From an uncultured Hyphomicrobiales bacterium (GTDB lineage: Bacteria; Pseudomonadota; Alphaproteobacteria; Rhizobiales; Beijerinckiaceae): DNA of 64,000 nt. The notes under the pieces are model-generated. The model worked only from the letters and a program-made list of their open reading frames with translations. It was not told the DNA's origin and did no database searches. Positions 25,238 through 34,250 of the stretch are shown here, piece after piece. Each line of letters opens with the position of its first letter. Within the stretch, counting starts at the first letter, position 1. The stretch spans positions 9,589 to 73,588 of the forward strand of contig CAIYZJ010000007.1 of assembly GCA_903930675.1 (NCBI GenBank), in the 5' to 3' direction. Both the position numbers and the translations under genes were made by a program.

Positions 25238-26623
25238 ATGATGCGGCTGGTCGCCAGAGCCTCTCTCTCGACACGGATGATTGTCGGCGCGTTGCTGAGC
25301 AGTCTGACCGTGCTGGTGGCGGCAGGCGTGATCCTGAGCCATATCCACAGGCAGGCCACCGAACAGGCGTTTGACGAACGCCTGAACGTCTATTTGCAGG
25401 CACTGACCGGCGGGCTGGCCTCGCCGACCGAAAGCGACCATTCCGATCCGGCCGATCTGGGCGACCCCAAATTCGATTTGCCGATGTCGGGGTGGTATTG
25501 GCAGATCGACAGCGGCGGCGACGGCAAGGGACAAACCATCGCTTCGCCCTCCTTGTTCGGATCGCGCCTGCCGCGAATGGTGACGCCGACCCTGCGCACC
25601 AGCAGTTCCGATATTCTGCAAGGCTATGTCAAAGGCCCCGACGACCGCAATCTGCGGGTGATGGAGCGCATGGTGCTGACCCCCGACGGGGTCTGGCACA
25701 GGTTGCGCGTGGCAGGCGATGCCGATGATATCGAACGGGCCGTACAGGCCTTCCGGTTTCCGTTGCTGGTGACATTCGGACTGCTGGGCGCGACCATCGT
25801 TTTTCTCACGGCCTTGCAGGTCTGGTTGGGCATGCGCCCCTTGGGGCTGTTGTCGACCGCGCTGTCGGACATCCGCACCGGACAGGCTGACAGGATCGAC
25901 GGGGATTATCCGCCCGATCTCGCGCCACTGGCACGCGAACTGAATTTGCTGATCGACTCCAACCGCGAGATCATGGAGCGGGCCCGCACGCAGGTGGGCA
26001 ATCTTGCCCATGCCCTGAAAACCCCGTTGAGTGTTATCGCCAACGAGGCCGCTGCCATAGACGGCGAGGTCGGCGAGAAAATCCGCGAGCAGTCAGCGGT
26101 GATCGGGACCCAGATGAACTGGTATCTGGAGCGCGCCAGAACGGCAGCGGCCAGCGTCGCGCTGGGTAGAGCCACCGAGCTTGCGCCGGTGATCGGCGGC
26201 TTGGCGCGGGTGTTTGCCAAATTGTGGCAAAGCCGCGCTGTCACGCTGGTCTATGATGTTCCGTCCGGCCTGTGCTTTCGCGGCGAGAAGCAGGATCTTG
26301 AGGAGATGCTGGGCAATCTGATCGACAATGCGGGCAAATGGGCCGCCTCGCAGGTATCCGTGACAGCCCGCCTCAACGAGGGACCGGATCTGTTTGTCGA
26401 TGTCATGATCGACGATGACGGTCCCGGTTTGGCGAAGGATTTGCGGGTCGAGGCCATGCGGCGCGGCCGCAGGCTTGATGAAACCCGCCCCGGCACGGGC
26501 CTCGGCTTGGCGATTGTGGCCGATCTGGCTAAACTCTATGGTGGACAGTTGATGCTCGAGGACAGTTCTCTGGGAGGATTGCGTGCCCGCTTGCGCTTGC
26601 CGGCCCTGCAATCGCCTTCATGA
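25238..26623 (+). CDS. Sensor histidine kinase (two TM segments, HAMP, HisKA, HATPase_c)
   Basis: H-box NLAHALKTPLS, N-box LGNLIDNAGKW, G-boxes DDDGPGL and GTGLGLAIV. Abuts the regulator gene. Confidence 0.9.
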   Translation: MMRLVARASLSTRMIVGALLSSLTVLVAAGVILSHIHRQATEQAFDERLNVYLQALTGGLASPTESDHSDPADLGDPKFDLPMSGWYWQIDSGGDGKGQTIASPSLFGSRLPRMVTPTLRTSSSDILQGYVKGPDDRNLRVMERMVLTPDGVWHRLRVAGDADDIERAVQAFRFPLLVTFGLLGATIVFLTALQVWLGMRPLGLLSTALSDIRTGQADRIDGDYPPDLAPLARELNLLIDSNREIMERARTQVGNLAHALKTPLSVIANEAAAIDGEVGEKIREQSAVIGTQMNWYLERARTAAASVALGRATELAPVIGGLARVFAKLWQSRAVTLVYDVPSGLCFRGEKQDLEEMLGNLIDNAGKWAASQVSVTARLNEGPDLFVDVMIDDDGPGLAKDLRVEAMRRGRRLDETRPGTGLGLAIVADLAKLYGGQLMLEDSSLGGLRARLRLPALQSPS

Positions 26624-26754
26624 GCGAATAACAGCCACTTTTGGGCGCATTGCCCGAATCTTGCCTATTTTGTATGAAATGCTTCTGTGGAGAATTGAGA
26701 ATGCGCCCTCCGGAATATCTCTGTGGATCGGGTCCATCATACAGGATCGGGAAG

Positions 26755-27231
26755 ATGATGAGTTTAAAAAAGCTGGTAAGTTGGGCTTTGGTTGGCGTGT
26801 TGGCGTTTAGTGCTGCTGGTTGTTCGCCATCGACCGGACCGAACCAGTCGGGCGGCACCGTGATCGGTGCGGTGGCCGGCGGGTTGATCGGCAGCCGCTT
26901 CGGAGGCGGCGGCGGCAAGGTTGCAGCAGTGATCGCAGGCACCATGCTGGGTGGTCTTCTGGGCTCGCAAATCGGCAAGAATATGGATGACGAGGCCCGC
27001 CAGCAGGCCTATAACGCCCAATATCAGGCGGTCTCGAGTGGCGATGCCTTTAGCTGGAAATCCAGTGGCACCAATGGCCCTCGCGGGTCGGTGGAGCCCG
27101 GCCCTGTCTATTCCGAAAGCGGCCGGGTCTGCCGTCAATATACCCATACCATCATCATCGACGGTCGTCAGGAACGTGGCGTCGGCACGGCATGCCGTGC
27201 ACCCGATGGCCGTTGGGATATTGTGAGCTGA
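26755..27231 (+). CDS. Glycine-zipper / 17-kDa surface antigen family lipoprotein
   Basis: Lipobox-like FSAAGC. Glycine zipper GAVAGGLIGSRFGGGGGKVAAVIAGTMLGGLLGSQIG. The C-terminal Cys-containing domain is typical of rickettsial/rhizobial surface antigens. Confidence 0.8.
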   Translation: MMSLKKLVSWALVGVLAFSAAGCSPSTGPNQSGGTVIGAVAGGLIGSRFGGGGGKVAAVIAGTMLGGLLGSQIGKNMDDEARQQAYNAQYQAVSSGDAFSWKSSGTNGPRGSVEPGPVYSESGRVCRQYTHTIIIDGRQERGVGTACRAPDGRWDIVS

Positions 27232-27250
27232 ATTTTAAACCACCGAAACC

Positions 27251-27272
27251 GGGCCGCCCAAGCGGCCCTTTT
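27251..27272 (+). terminator. Rho-independent terminator after the lipoprotein gene
   Basis: Stem GGGCCGC / GCGGCCC, loop CCAA, followed by TTTT. Confidence 0.6.
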
Positions 27273-27353
27273 CGATTTTGGCGGTTGTTTTAAGTTGTGA
27301 CGTGGCAGAGTTTGCGCGTGACAAGACAGGGTAATCGCCGTTAACAAGGCCCT

Positions 27354-28202
27354 ATGCAAGCACCTTTGATTGACGCGCTGATGTTTTCTCTCATGGTGGG
27401 CGGGGCCGTGATGGCCGTGCTGTGGCCTTTATCGCACGTCGCTGTTGCCCCCGTCTCCGGTCAACTCGATGTGGATTTCTATCGCCAGCGTCTGACCGAA
27501 ATCGACGAGGATCTGGCGCGCGGGTTGATCCGCGACAGCGAGGCAGAAGCGGCCCGCACCGAGGCCGCCCGACGTATTCTCGCGCTCCGGCCCGATGCAG
27601 AGGATGTTGCAGGCCAACCGAAATCCCATCGCGGAAAGGCCGCTTTGCTGGTCCTGATTGCCATTCCGCTGCTGAGTTTGGGCCTTTATGGCCTGTGGGG
27701 AAATCCCGACCAGCCCGACATGCCATTTGCCGGTCGTCCGGCGGTTCCGTCTGTCTCCAATGCTTCCGGCATGGCGGGTGTGATATCGAAAATAGAAACC
27801 CATCTGGCGACCCATCCCGATGACATGCAAGGCTGGGACCTGATCGCGCCGATCTATATGGCCACCGGACAATTTGACGATGCGGTCAAAGCCTATACCG
27901 CCTTGCTGCGCGGCACACCGCCAACTGCGGCGCGGTTCGAAGCCTTGGGTGAAGCACTTGTGGCGCAAGCCGATGGCGTGGTGACGACCGATGCCGCGGG
28001 TGTGTTTGCCAAAGCTCTTGCTCTTGACGGCACCGCACGTTCTGCCCGCTTTTATTCGGCACTTGCGCTGGAACAGGATGGCCGGACAGACGAGGCGGCA
28101 AAGGCCTATCGGGCCCTCTTGTCCGAATTGGAGGCCGGCAGCGAAGCCGCACAAACCGTGCAAGGGCGGATTGACGGTTTGGACAAGGGGCGAGGCAGAT
28201 GA
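27354..28202 (+). CDS. ccmI: c-type cytochrome biogenesis protein CcmI (CycH)
   Basis: N-terminal TM segment, [18 protein letters not shown] motif, second TM segment, then a TPR-like C-terminus. First gene of the ccmI-E-F-H run. Confidence 0.85.
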   Translation: MQAPLIDALMFSLMVGGAVMAVLWPLSHVAVAPVSGQLDVDFYRQRLTEIDEDLARGLIRDSEAEAARTEAARRILALRPDAEDVAGQPKSHRGKAALLVLIAIPLLSLGLYGLWGNPDQPDMPFAGRPAVPSVSNASGMAGVISKIETHLATHPDDMQGWDLIAPIYMATGQFDDAVKAYTALLRGTPPTAARFEALGEALVAQADGVVTTDAAGVFAKALALDGTARSARFYSALALEQDGRTDEAAKAYRALLSELEAGSEAAQTVQGRIDGLDKGRGR

Positions 28203-28666
28203 CCCGCAAATCCCGCCGCATGATGACCATTGCAGGGCTAGGCTCGATTTTGGCTGTGGCTGTCGGCTTGGTGCTTTATGCGCTGAATGATTCCATCGTT
28301 TTTTTCTATGGCCCGACCGAGGTGATCGAGAAAAAGATCCATGTCGGCGCGCGGTTGCGGGTCGGGGGTCTGGTCAAGGTTGGCTCGGTTGTCAGGCCCT
28401 CAGACCGCATGGTGGAATTCGTGATCGGTGACGGCAATAACGAAATCACTATCCATTACAATGGCCTGTTGCCGGACCTGTTCCGCGAGGGGCAGGGGAT
28501 TGTGGCCGAAGGCAGGCTGGAAGCCGGACAACGCTTTGCCGCAGACACTGTGCTGGCCAAGCATGACGAGAATTACATGCCGCGCGAAGTAGCCGATTCC
28601 CTGAAAAAACAGGGCCATTGGCAAGGGGAAGGCAAGCCTGACGCCAAAGCGGGAAGCAAGCCATGA
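28199..28666 (+). CDS. ccmE: Cytochrome c maturation heme chaperone CcmE (CycJ)
   Basis: VFFYGPTEV...[11 protein letters not shown]......V.F.I.D....I...[17 protein letters not shown]......[13 protein letters not shown] contains the heme-binding His motif. Confidence 0.95.
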   Translation: MTRKSRRMMTIAGLGSILAVAVGLVLYALNDSIVFFYGPTEVIEKKIHVGARLRVGGLVKVGSVVRPSDRMVEFVIGDGNNEITIHYNGLLPDLFREGQGIVAEGRLEAGQRFAADTVLAKHDENYMPREVADSLKKQGHWQGEGKPDAKAGSKP

Positions 28667-28679
28667 GAGATGTCCTGTC

Positions 28680-30653
28680 ATGACCGTCGAATGGGGACAT
28701 TTTGCGCTGATCCTTGCGCTGGTTTTGTCACTCTGTCAGGTCGCGCTGCCTTTATGGGGGCTTGCCGGTCGTGATCATGCTTTGATGCAGACAGCCCGCG
28801 GCACGGCCATCGGCGCATTCCTATTCACTCTGTTGGCCTTTGCAGCCCTGACCTATGCCTATGTGCAATCGGATTTCTCGGTCATCAATGTGGCCATGAA
28901 CTCCCATTCGACCAAGCCGCTCGCTTATAAAATATCGGGCTTATGGTCGAACCATGAAGGCTCCATGCTGTTGTGGGTTTTGATCCTGACCCTGTTTGGT
29001 GCTCTGGTGGCGATGGCGCGACAGGCAATCCCGCTGCCTTTGCTGGCGGCCGTGCTGATGGTGCAAGGTGGGGTTTCGAGCGCCTTTTTTGCATTCATCC
29101 TGATGACCTCCAACCCGTTTCTTCGTGCCTTGGAAGTGCCTGCCGAGGGGCGGGGGTTAAACCCCATTTTGCAGGATCCGGGTTTGGCGATCCATCCGCC
29201 GTTGCTCTATATCGGCTATGTCGGGTTTTCGATTGCCTTTTCCCTCGCAATCGGCGCGCTGATCCATGGCCGGATTGACGCAGTCTGGGCGCGCTTTGTG
29301 CGTCCATGGACTTTGCTGGCATGGTCCTTTCTGACACTCGGAATCGCGATGGGGTCTTACTGGGCCTATTATGAGTTGGGCTGGGGTGGTTTCTGGTTCT
29401 GGGATCCGGTGGAAAATGCCTCGCTGATGCCGTGGCTGGCAGGCACGGCTTTGCTGCATTCCACCGTCGTCATGGAAAAGCGCGATGCGCTGAAAGTCTG
29501 GACCATCCTGTTGTCGATCCTGACCTTCTCCCTGTCGCTGATCGGCACATTTCTGGTGCGCTCGGGAGTGCTGACCTCGGTGCACACTTTTGCGTCCGAT
29601 CCGTCACGCGGCAAATTCATTCTGGGAATTCTCGTGTTCTTTATCGGCGGCGGTCTTACCTTGTTTGCATGGCGGGCGCATGCCTTGCGGCAGGGCGGAT
29701 TGTTTGCCCCGATCTCGCGCGAGGCCGGATTGGTGCTCAACAATCTGATGCTGGCGACCATGGCGGCGACAGTCCTGATCGGCACGCTGTATCCTTTGGT
29801 GCTGGAAGGGATCAGCGGTGACAAGATTTCGGTTGGCGCACCGTTTTTCGAGGCGACGATGTTGCCGCTGTTTTTGCCGCTGGCCCTGCTGCAGCCTTTG
29901 GGCACGGCCTTGTCATGGAAGCGGGCTGATTTATGGGCAGCCATGCAGCGTCTCTCGTGGGCCTTCGGGTTTTCAGTGCTGGTCTTGTGCATCGTGCTTT
30001 ATGTTACTCGTGGCGGTTCAGTGCTTGCGCCGGTCGGTGCTGGGATCGGCTTGTGGCTGGTGCTGGGCTCACTGGCTGATGTATGGTTGCGGGTCTGGCG
30101 AGCCAAAGCAGGCTGGGTGGTCAACCTGTCACGACTTGCGGGCCTGCCGCGTTCGGCTTGGGGCACTGCGCTGGCCCATGCGGGCCTTGGCATCTCGCTG
30201 ATCGGCATAGCCGCGACAGGCTGGGGCACGGAAGTGATTTCAACGGTCGGCAAAGGTGCCGAAGTGCCCGCAGGCCCCTATCGGCTGGTGCTCGAACAGG
30301 TCATCACCCGCAATGGTCCCGATTACCGCGAAACCATCGGACGGTTTCAGGTTTATTCGGATCAGCAGAAACTCGGCGTGATCGAACCGGGCAAACGCAT
30401 TTTCATCGGTCAGACCATGCCGAAAACCGAAGCCGGATTGATGACCATCGGCCTCGGCCAAATCTATGCCAGCCTCGGCGATTTTCAGGCGGACGGCACA
30501 GTCTCATTGCGGCTCTACTGGAAGCCTCTGGTGGTGCTGATCTGGGGCGGGGCTCTGGTGATGGCGTTTGGCGGATTTCTGTCGCTGCTGGACCGCCGCT
30601 CGCGCATTGCCGCGCCCCGCAAGGCCCGACAGCTGCATGGGGATGCGGCATGA
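28680..30653 (+). CDS. ccmF: Heme lyase CcmF (CycK)
   Basis: 657-aa polytopic protein with the WGGFWFWDPVENASLMPWL tryptophan-rich motif. Confidence 0.95.
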   Translation: MTVEWGHFALILALVLSLCQVALPLWGLAGRDHALMQTARGTAIGAFLFTLLAFAALTYAYVQSDFSVINVAMNSHSTKPLAYKISGLWSNHEGSMLLWVLILTLFGALVAMARQAIPLPLLAAVLMVQGGVSSAFFAFILMTSNPFLRALEVPAEGRGLNPILQDPGLAIHPPLLYIGYVGFSIAFSLAIGALIHGRIDAVWARFVRPWTLLAWSFLTLGIAMGSYWAYYELGWGGFWFWDPVENASLMPWLAGTALLHSTVVMEKRDALKVWTILLSILTFSLSLIGTFLVRSGVLTSVHTFASDPSRGKFILGILVFFIGGGLTLFAWRAHALRQGGLFAPISREAGLVLNNLMLATMAATVLIGTLYPLVLEGISGDKISVGAPFFEATMLPLFLPLALLQPLGTALSWKRADLWAAMQRLSWAFGFSVLVLCIVLYVTRGGSVLAPVGAGIGLWLVLGSLADVWLRVWRAKAGWVVNLSRLAGLPRSAWGTALAHAGLGISLIGIAATGWGTEVISTVGKGAEVPAGPYRLVLEQVITRNGPDYRETIGRFQVYSDQQKLGVIEPGKRIFIGQTMPKTEAGLMTIGLGQIYASLGDFQADGTVSLRLYWKPLVVLIWGGALVMAFGGFLSLLDRRSRIAAPRKARQLHGDAA

Positions 30654-31171
30654 CGGAGAGGCGTGCACGACACCTTTCATTCATTCTCCTTTTCGTCATG
30701 CTGGCTTTGGCAGCTCTGACGCCGCTTCATGCTGTCGAGCCGGACGAGCGTCTGGCCGATCCCGCGCAGGAGACGCGTGCGCGGGCTCTGTCCAGCGGCT
30801 TGCGTTGTCTGGTGTGTCAGAACCAGTCGATTGACGATTCCAATGCGCCGCTGGCGCGCGACCTGCGGATTTTGCTGCGCGAGCGGATTGCGGCGGGTGA
30901 CGATGACGCCACCATCACACGCGATCTGGTGTCGCGCTATGGCGATTTCATCCTGCTGCAACCCCCGTTCAACCCGCGCACGCTGGTCTTGTGGAGTGCG
31001 CCTTTTGTTTTGCTTGCCGCAGGAGGATGGGTCTTGTTCCGGCGTTCGCGCCGCATGCCTCAGCTTGAAAAACCCCAACCACTGACCGAGCAGGAACGCG
31101 AGAATTTACGCCGGTTGCTCGCCACGGACCGGATCGATCCACCCGCTGGTTCTCCCCGCCAAGGAAGCTGA
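30650..31171 (+). CDS. ccmH: Cytochrome c-type biogenesis protein CcmH (CycL)
   Basis: LRCLVCQNQSIDDSNAPLA.DLR carries the CxxC motif. ATGA-coupled to ccmF. Confidence 0.92.
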   Translation: MTERRARHLSFILLFVMLALAALTPLHAVEPDERLADPAQETRARALSSGLRCLVCQNQSIDDSNAPLARDLRILLRERIAAGDDDATITRDLVSRYGDFILLQPPFNPRTLVLWSAPFVLLAAGGWVLFRRSRRMPQLEKPQPLTEQERENLRRLLATDRIDPPAGSPRQGS

Positions 31172-31263
31172 GCGCGGTTGAACCGCTGGACCTTGCCCTG
31201 ATTCCATGCAGACTTAGACTTTGCATCAAAAAACGGCATAACAGGTGTTGAAGGGCTCTTTGG

Positions 31264-34245
31264 ATGACAGACGGCACCATCGGGGCGGGCGCTTTGGAAC
31301 ATCTGGCAACATTGTCCGACCAACTCGCTTGCACCATCAAGCTCGTGGCAGGCAAACAGGCTCGCCGGATTGTATCCCTCTCGCTCGACGATGCACGCGG
31401 GGAGGGTGTGGACTTCACATCACTCATCAATGACCATCCGGCAATCGGTACTATGCTGGCCGGACTGGCGGATCATGCCCCTTATCTCTGGCGTTTGGTC
31501 CGGCATGATTGGCCGCGCAGTTTCGCTTTGTTTACCCAGCCACCCGACCGGGCCCTGGAGAGGATTTTAACGGCCACCGATCAGGCGTGGCGGCATGATG
31601 TCCTGTCGTGTGATCCGGCATCCGAGGCAGAGGTGATGCGTCGTCTGCGCCGGTTGAAACAGGACATCGCTTTGCTGGTCGCCTTGTGCGATCTGGGTGG
31701 TATCTGGAGTGTCGAGCAGGTGACTGCGGCGCTCAGTGATTTTGCCGACCGTTCACTCAATGCCTCTTTGCGCTGCTTGCTGGCCCAGGCGGCCGGCGCG
31801 GGCCGGATCAGCCTGCCCGATGCCAATGATCCGACCATCGGGTCCGGACTGGTCGTGCTGGCTTTGGGGAAGCACGGCGCGCGAGAATTGAATTATTCCT
31901 CCGATATTGATGTGGTGGTGCTTTATGAACCGTCGCGCGTTCCGTTGGCCGAGCGGGTCGAGCCGGGTCCTTTTTTTGTGCGCCTGACCCAAGGGCTAGT
32001 GCGCCTGATGCAGGAGCGGACAGCGGACGGCTATGTGTTCCGCACCGATCTGCGGCTGCGCCCCGATCCGGCCTCGACCCCCATCGCGATCTCTCTTGAT
32101 TCCGCCTATGCCTATTATGAAAGTGTCGGTCAGAATTGGGAGCGCGCTGCCCTGATCAAGGCACGGCCTGTGGCGGGTGATCTGGCTTTGGGTTTCGATT
32201 TCATCGCCGCGCTGAAACCGTTCATCTGGCGCAAATATTTCGACTTCGCTGCCATTGCCGATATCCATGCAATGAAACGGCAGATCCATGCGGTGCGCGG
32301 GCATGAGACAATTGCGGTTATCGGGCATGACATCAAGCTCGGGCGCGGCGGGATTCGTGAAATCGAGTTTTTCGTTCAAACCCAGCAGCTCGTCTTCGGT
32401 GGAAGGCGGCCGCAATTGCGTGGTCAACGGACGCTCGACATGCTGGTGGCCTTGCGTGATGACGGATGGATTCTGGATTCCGCCGTTGCCGATCTGACGC
32501 ATGCCTATCGCTTCCTGCGGATGATCGAGCATCGGCTGCAAATGCGCGAGGACGAGCAGACCCAGCGCTTGCCCGCCGACGAGGAGCGGATGCTGGTCTT
32601 TGCCAAATTCTGCGGCTATGGCTCGGTCGCGGCCTTCGGCAAAGCCCTGACCGGACACGCCCTCAAAGTCGAGCGGCATTATGCCCGATTGTTCGAGGAA
32701 GGCGGCGAGTTGGCGACGTCTGACGGCAGTCTGGTGTTTACCGGTACCAGTGATGACCCCGATACCCTGCAGACTTTGAGGAGGATGGGCTTTGCACAGC
32801 CTTCTGAGGTGGCAGAGACGGTGCGTGGCTGGCATTTCGGCCGTCGGCAAGCGGTAACCAGCCCGAGGGCGCGCGAGGTGTTGACGGAGCTTGTGCCGGC
32901 TTTGCTGACAGCTTTCGGCCAGACGGCCGATCCCGATGCCGCGCTGCTCAGTTTCGACAAAGCACTTGGCGGAATGCCCGCGGCGGTCGAGCTGTTTTCC
33001 ATTCTCAAATCCAATGCCAATGTGTTGCGGCTGTTTGCCGATGTGTTGGGGTCGGCACCCCGGCTGGCTGATATGGTGGCGCAGCGTCCGCATGTGCTGG
33101 ATGCGGTGATCGATCCGGCCTTTGTCGCCCCGATGCCGAGCGTCGAGACACTCAAGAGCCGGATCCGAGAGGGCCTTGCGGGGCTTGACCAGTTCGAGGA
33201 TGTGCTCGACCGTTTGCGTGAAATGACGCATCACGAGATGTTCGTGATCGGTGCGCGGTTGCTCTCGGGCGTGCTGTCTCCGGCGCAAACGGGTGAGAGC
33301 TATGCGGCGTTGGCCGATGCGGTTGTTGCGTGCACGCTTGACGAAGTGCGCGCGCGCTTCGAGGCCGAATACGGGGTAATCGAGGGCGGGCAGTTGGCGG
33401 TGGTCGGACTTGGCCGGTTGGGGTCCCAAGAGATGACAGCGACCTCCGATCTCGATCTGGTCCTGCTGTATGATTTTGATCCCGATGCGGTGGAAAGTTC
33501 CGGTCCGCGCATGTTGCCGCCGACAACCTATTTCGGCCGTCTGACGCAACGGCTGATCAGCGCCCTGACGGTACCGACACGGCGCGGCACGCTCTATTCC
33601 GTCGATATGCGTTTGCGACCCACCGGCAATAAAGGGCCTGCCGCAACCCAGTTCAAAGGCTTTGTCGACTATCAGGCGACCGAGGCTGAAACATGGGAGC
33701 AAATGGCACTTGTGCGTGCCCGCGTGCTGGCTGGTGATCAGGCGCTGGTCGGCAAAGTCGAGCATGCGATCCGAACGGTTTTGCAAACACGGCGGGATGC
33801 AAAAAAGATCAAAGCCGATGCCTTGGCGATGCGCGCGATGATTGCCGGCGAGAAGGGCGATGATCAGCCATGGGATCTCAAAAACGCTGCCGGCGGTTTG
33901 ACCGATCTGGAATTTCTGACCCAGACGCTGGTTTTGGTTCATGCCGTCGATTATCCCGATCTGATGCAACGCGAGACCCATGCCGTGATCGGGGCCGCGA
34001 TGCAGGCAGGGTTGATCGGGGCCAACGAGGCGGACCAGTTGATGACGGCGCATGCGGTGATGCGCGATCTGTTCCAGTGGGTGCGGCTGACGCTGGGGGA
34101 TGGCCATGCCGTCACATCGGCCAGCAAGGGGTTGAAACACCAATTGGCAGTAACCGCAGGGCTGCCCGATTTCAATGTGCTGTCGGGCCATTTGCGCGAG
34201 ACGCAAAAACTGGTGCGCCAATTGTTCAACCGGCTGATGGACTGA
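31264..34245 (+). CDS. glnE: Bifunctional glutamine synthetase adenylyltransferase/adenylyl-removing enzyme
   Basis: 993 aa with two nucleotidyltransferase halves (GKHGARELNYSSDIDVVVLY and LGRLGSQEMTATSDLDLVLLY) and GlnE repeats (DLRLRPDPASTP / DMRLRPTGNKGP). Confidence 0.93.
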   Translation: MTDGTIGAGALEHLATLSDQLACTIKLVAGKQARRIVSLSLDDARGEGVDFTSLINDHPAIGTMLAGLADHAPYLWRLVRHDWPRSFALFTQPPDRALERILTATDQAWRHDVLSCDPASEAEVMRRLRRLKQDIALLVALCDLGGIWSVEQVTAALSDFADRSLNASLRCLLAQAAGAGRISLPDANDPTIGSGLVVLALGKHGARELNYSSDIDVVVLYEPSRVPLAERVEPGPFFVRLTQGLVRLMQERTADGYVFRTDLRLRPDPASTPIAISLDSAYAYYESVGQNWERAALIKARPVAGDLALGFDFIAALKPFIWRKYFDFAAIADIHAMKRQIHAVRGHETIAVIGHDIKLGRGGIREIEFFVQTQQLVFGGRRPQLRGQRTLDMLVALRDDGWILDSAVADLTHAYRFLRMIEHRLQMREDEQTQRLPADEERMLVFAKFCGYGSVAAFGKALTGHALKVERHYARLFEEGGELATSDGSLVFTGTSDDPDTLQTLRRMGFAQPSEVAETVRGWHFGRRQAVTSPRAREVLTELVPALLTAFGQTADPDAALLSFDKALGGMPAAVELFSILKSNANVLRLFADVLGSAPRLADMVAQRPHVLDAVIDPAFVAPMPSVETLKSRIREGLAGLDQFEDVLDRLREMTHHEMFVIGARLLSGVLSPAQTGESYAALADAVVACTLDEVRARFEAEYGVIEGGQLAVVGLGRLGSQEMTATSDLDLVLLYDFDPDAVESSGPRMLPPTTYFGRLTQRLISALTVPTRRGTLYSVDMRLRPTGNKGPAATQFKGFVDYQATEAETWEQMALVRARVLAGDQALVGKVEHAIRTVLQTRRDAKKIKADALAMRAMIAGEKGDDQPWDLKNAAGGLTDLEFLTQTLVLVHAVDYPDLMQRETHAVIGAAMQAGLIGANEADQLMTAHAVMRDLFQWVRLTLGDGHAVTSASKGLKHQLAVTAGLPDFNVLSGHLRETQKLVRQLFNRLMD

Positions 34246-34250
34246 GCGGT

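Noticed and set aside
31996-34221. 741-aa minus-strand ORF
   Set aside because: Antisense shadow of glnE. It has no recognisable motifs, whereas the plus-strand product has both GlnE nucleotidyltransferase halves.
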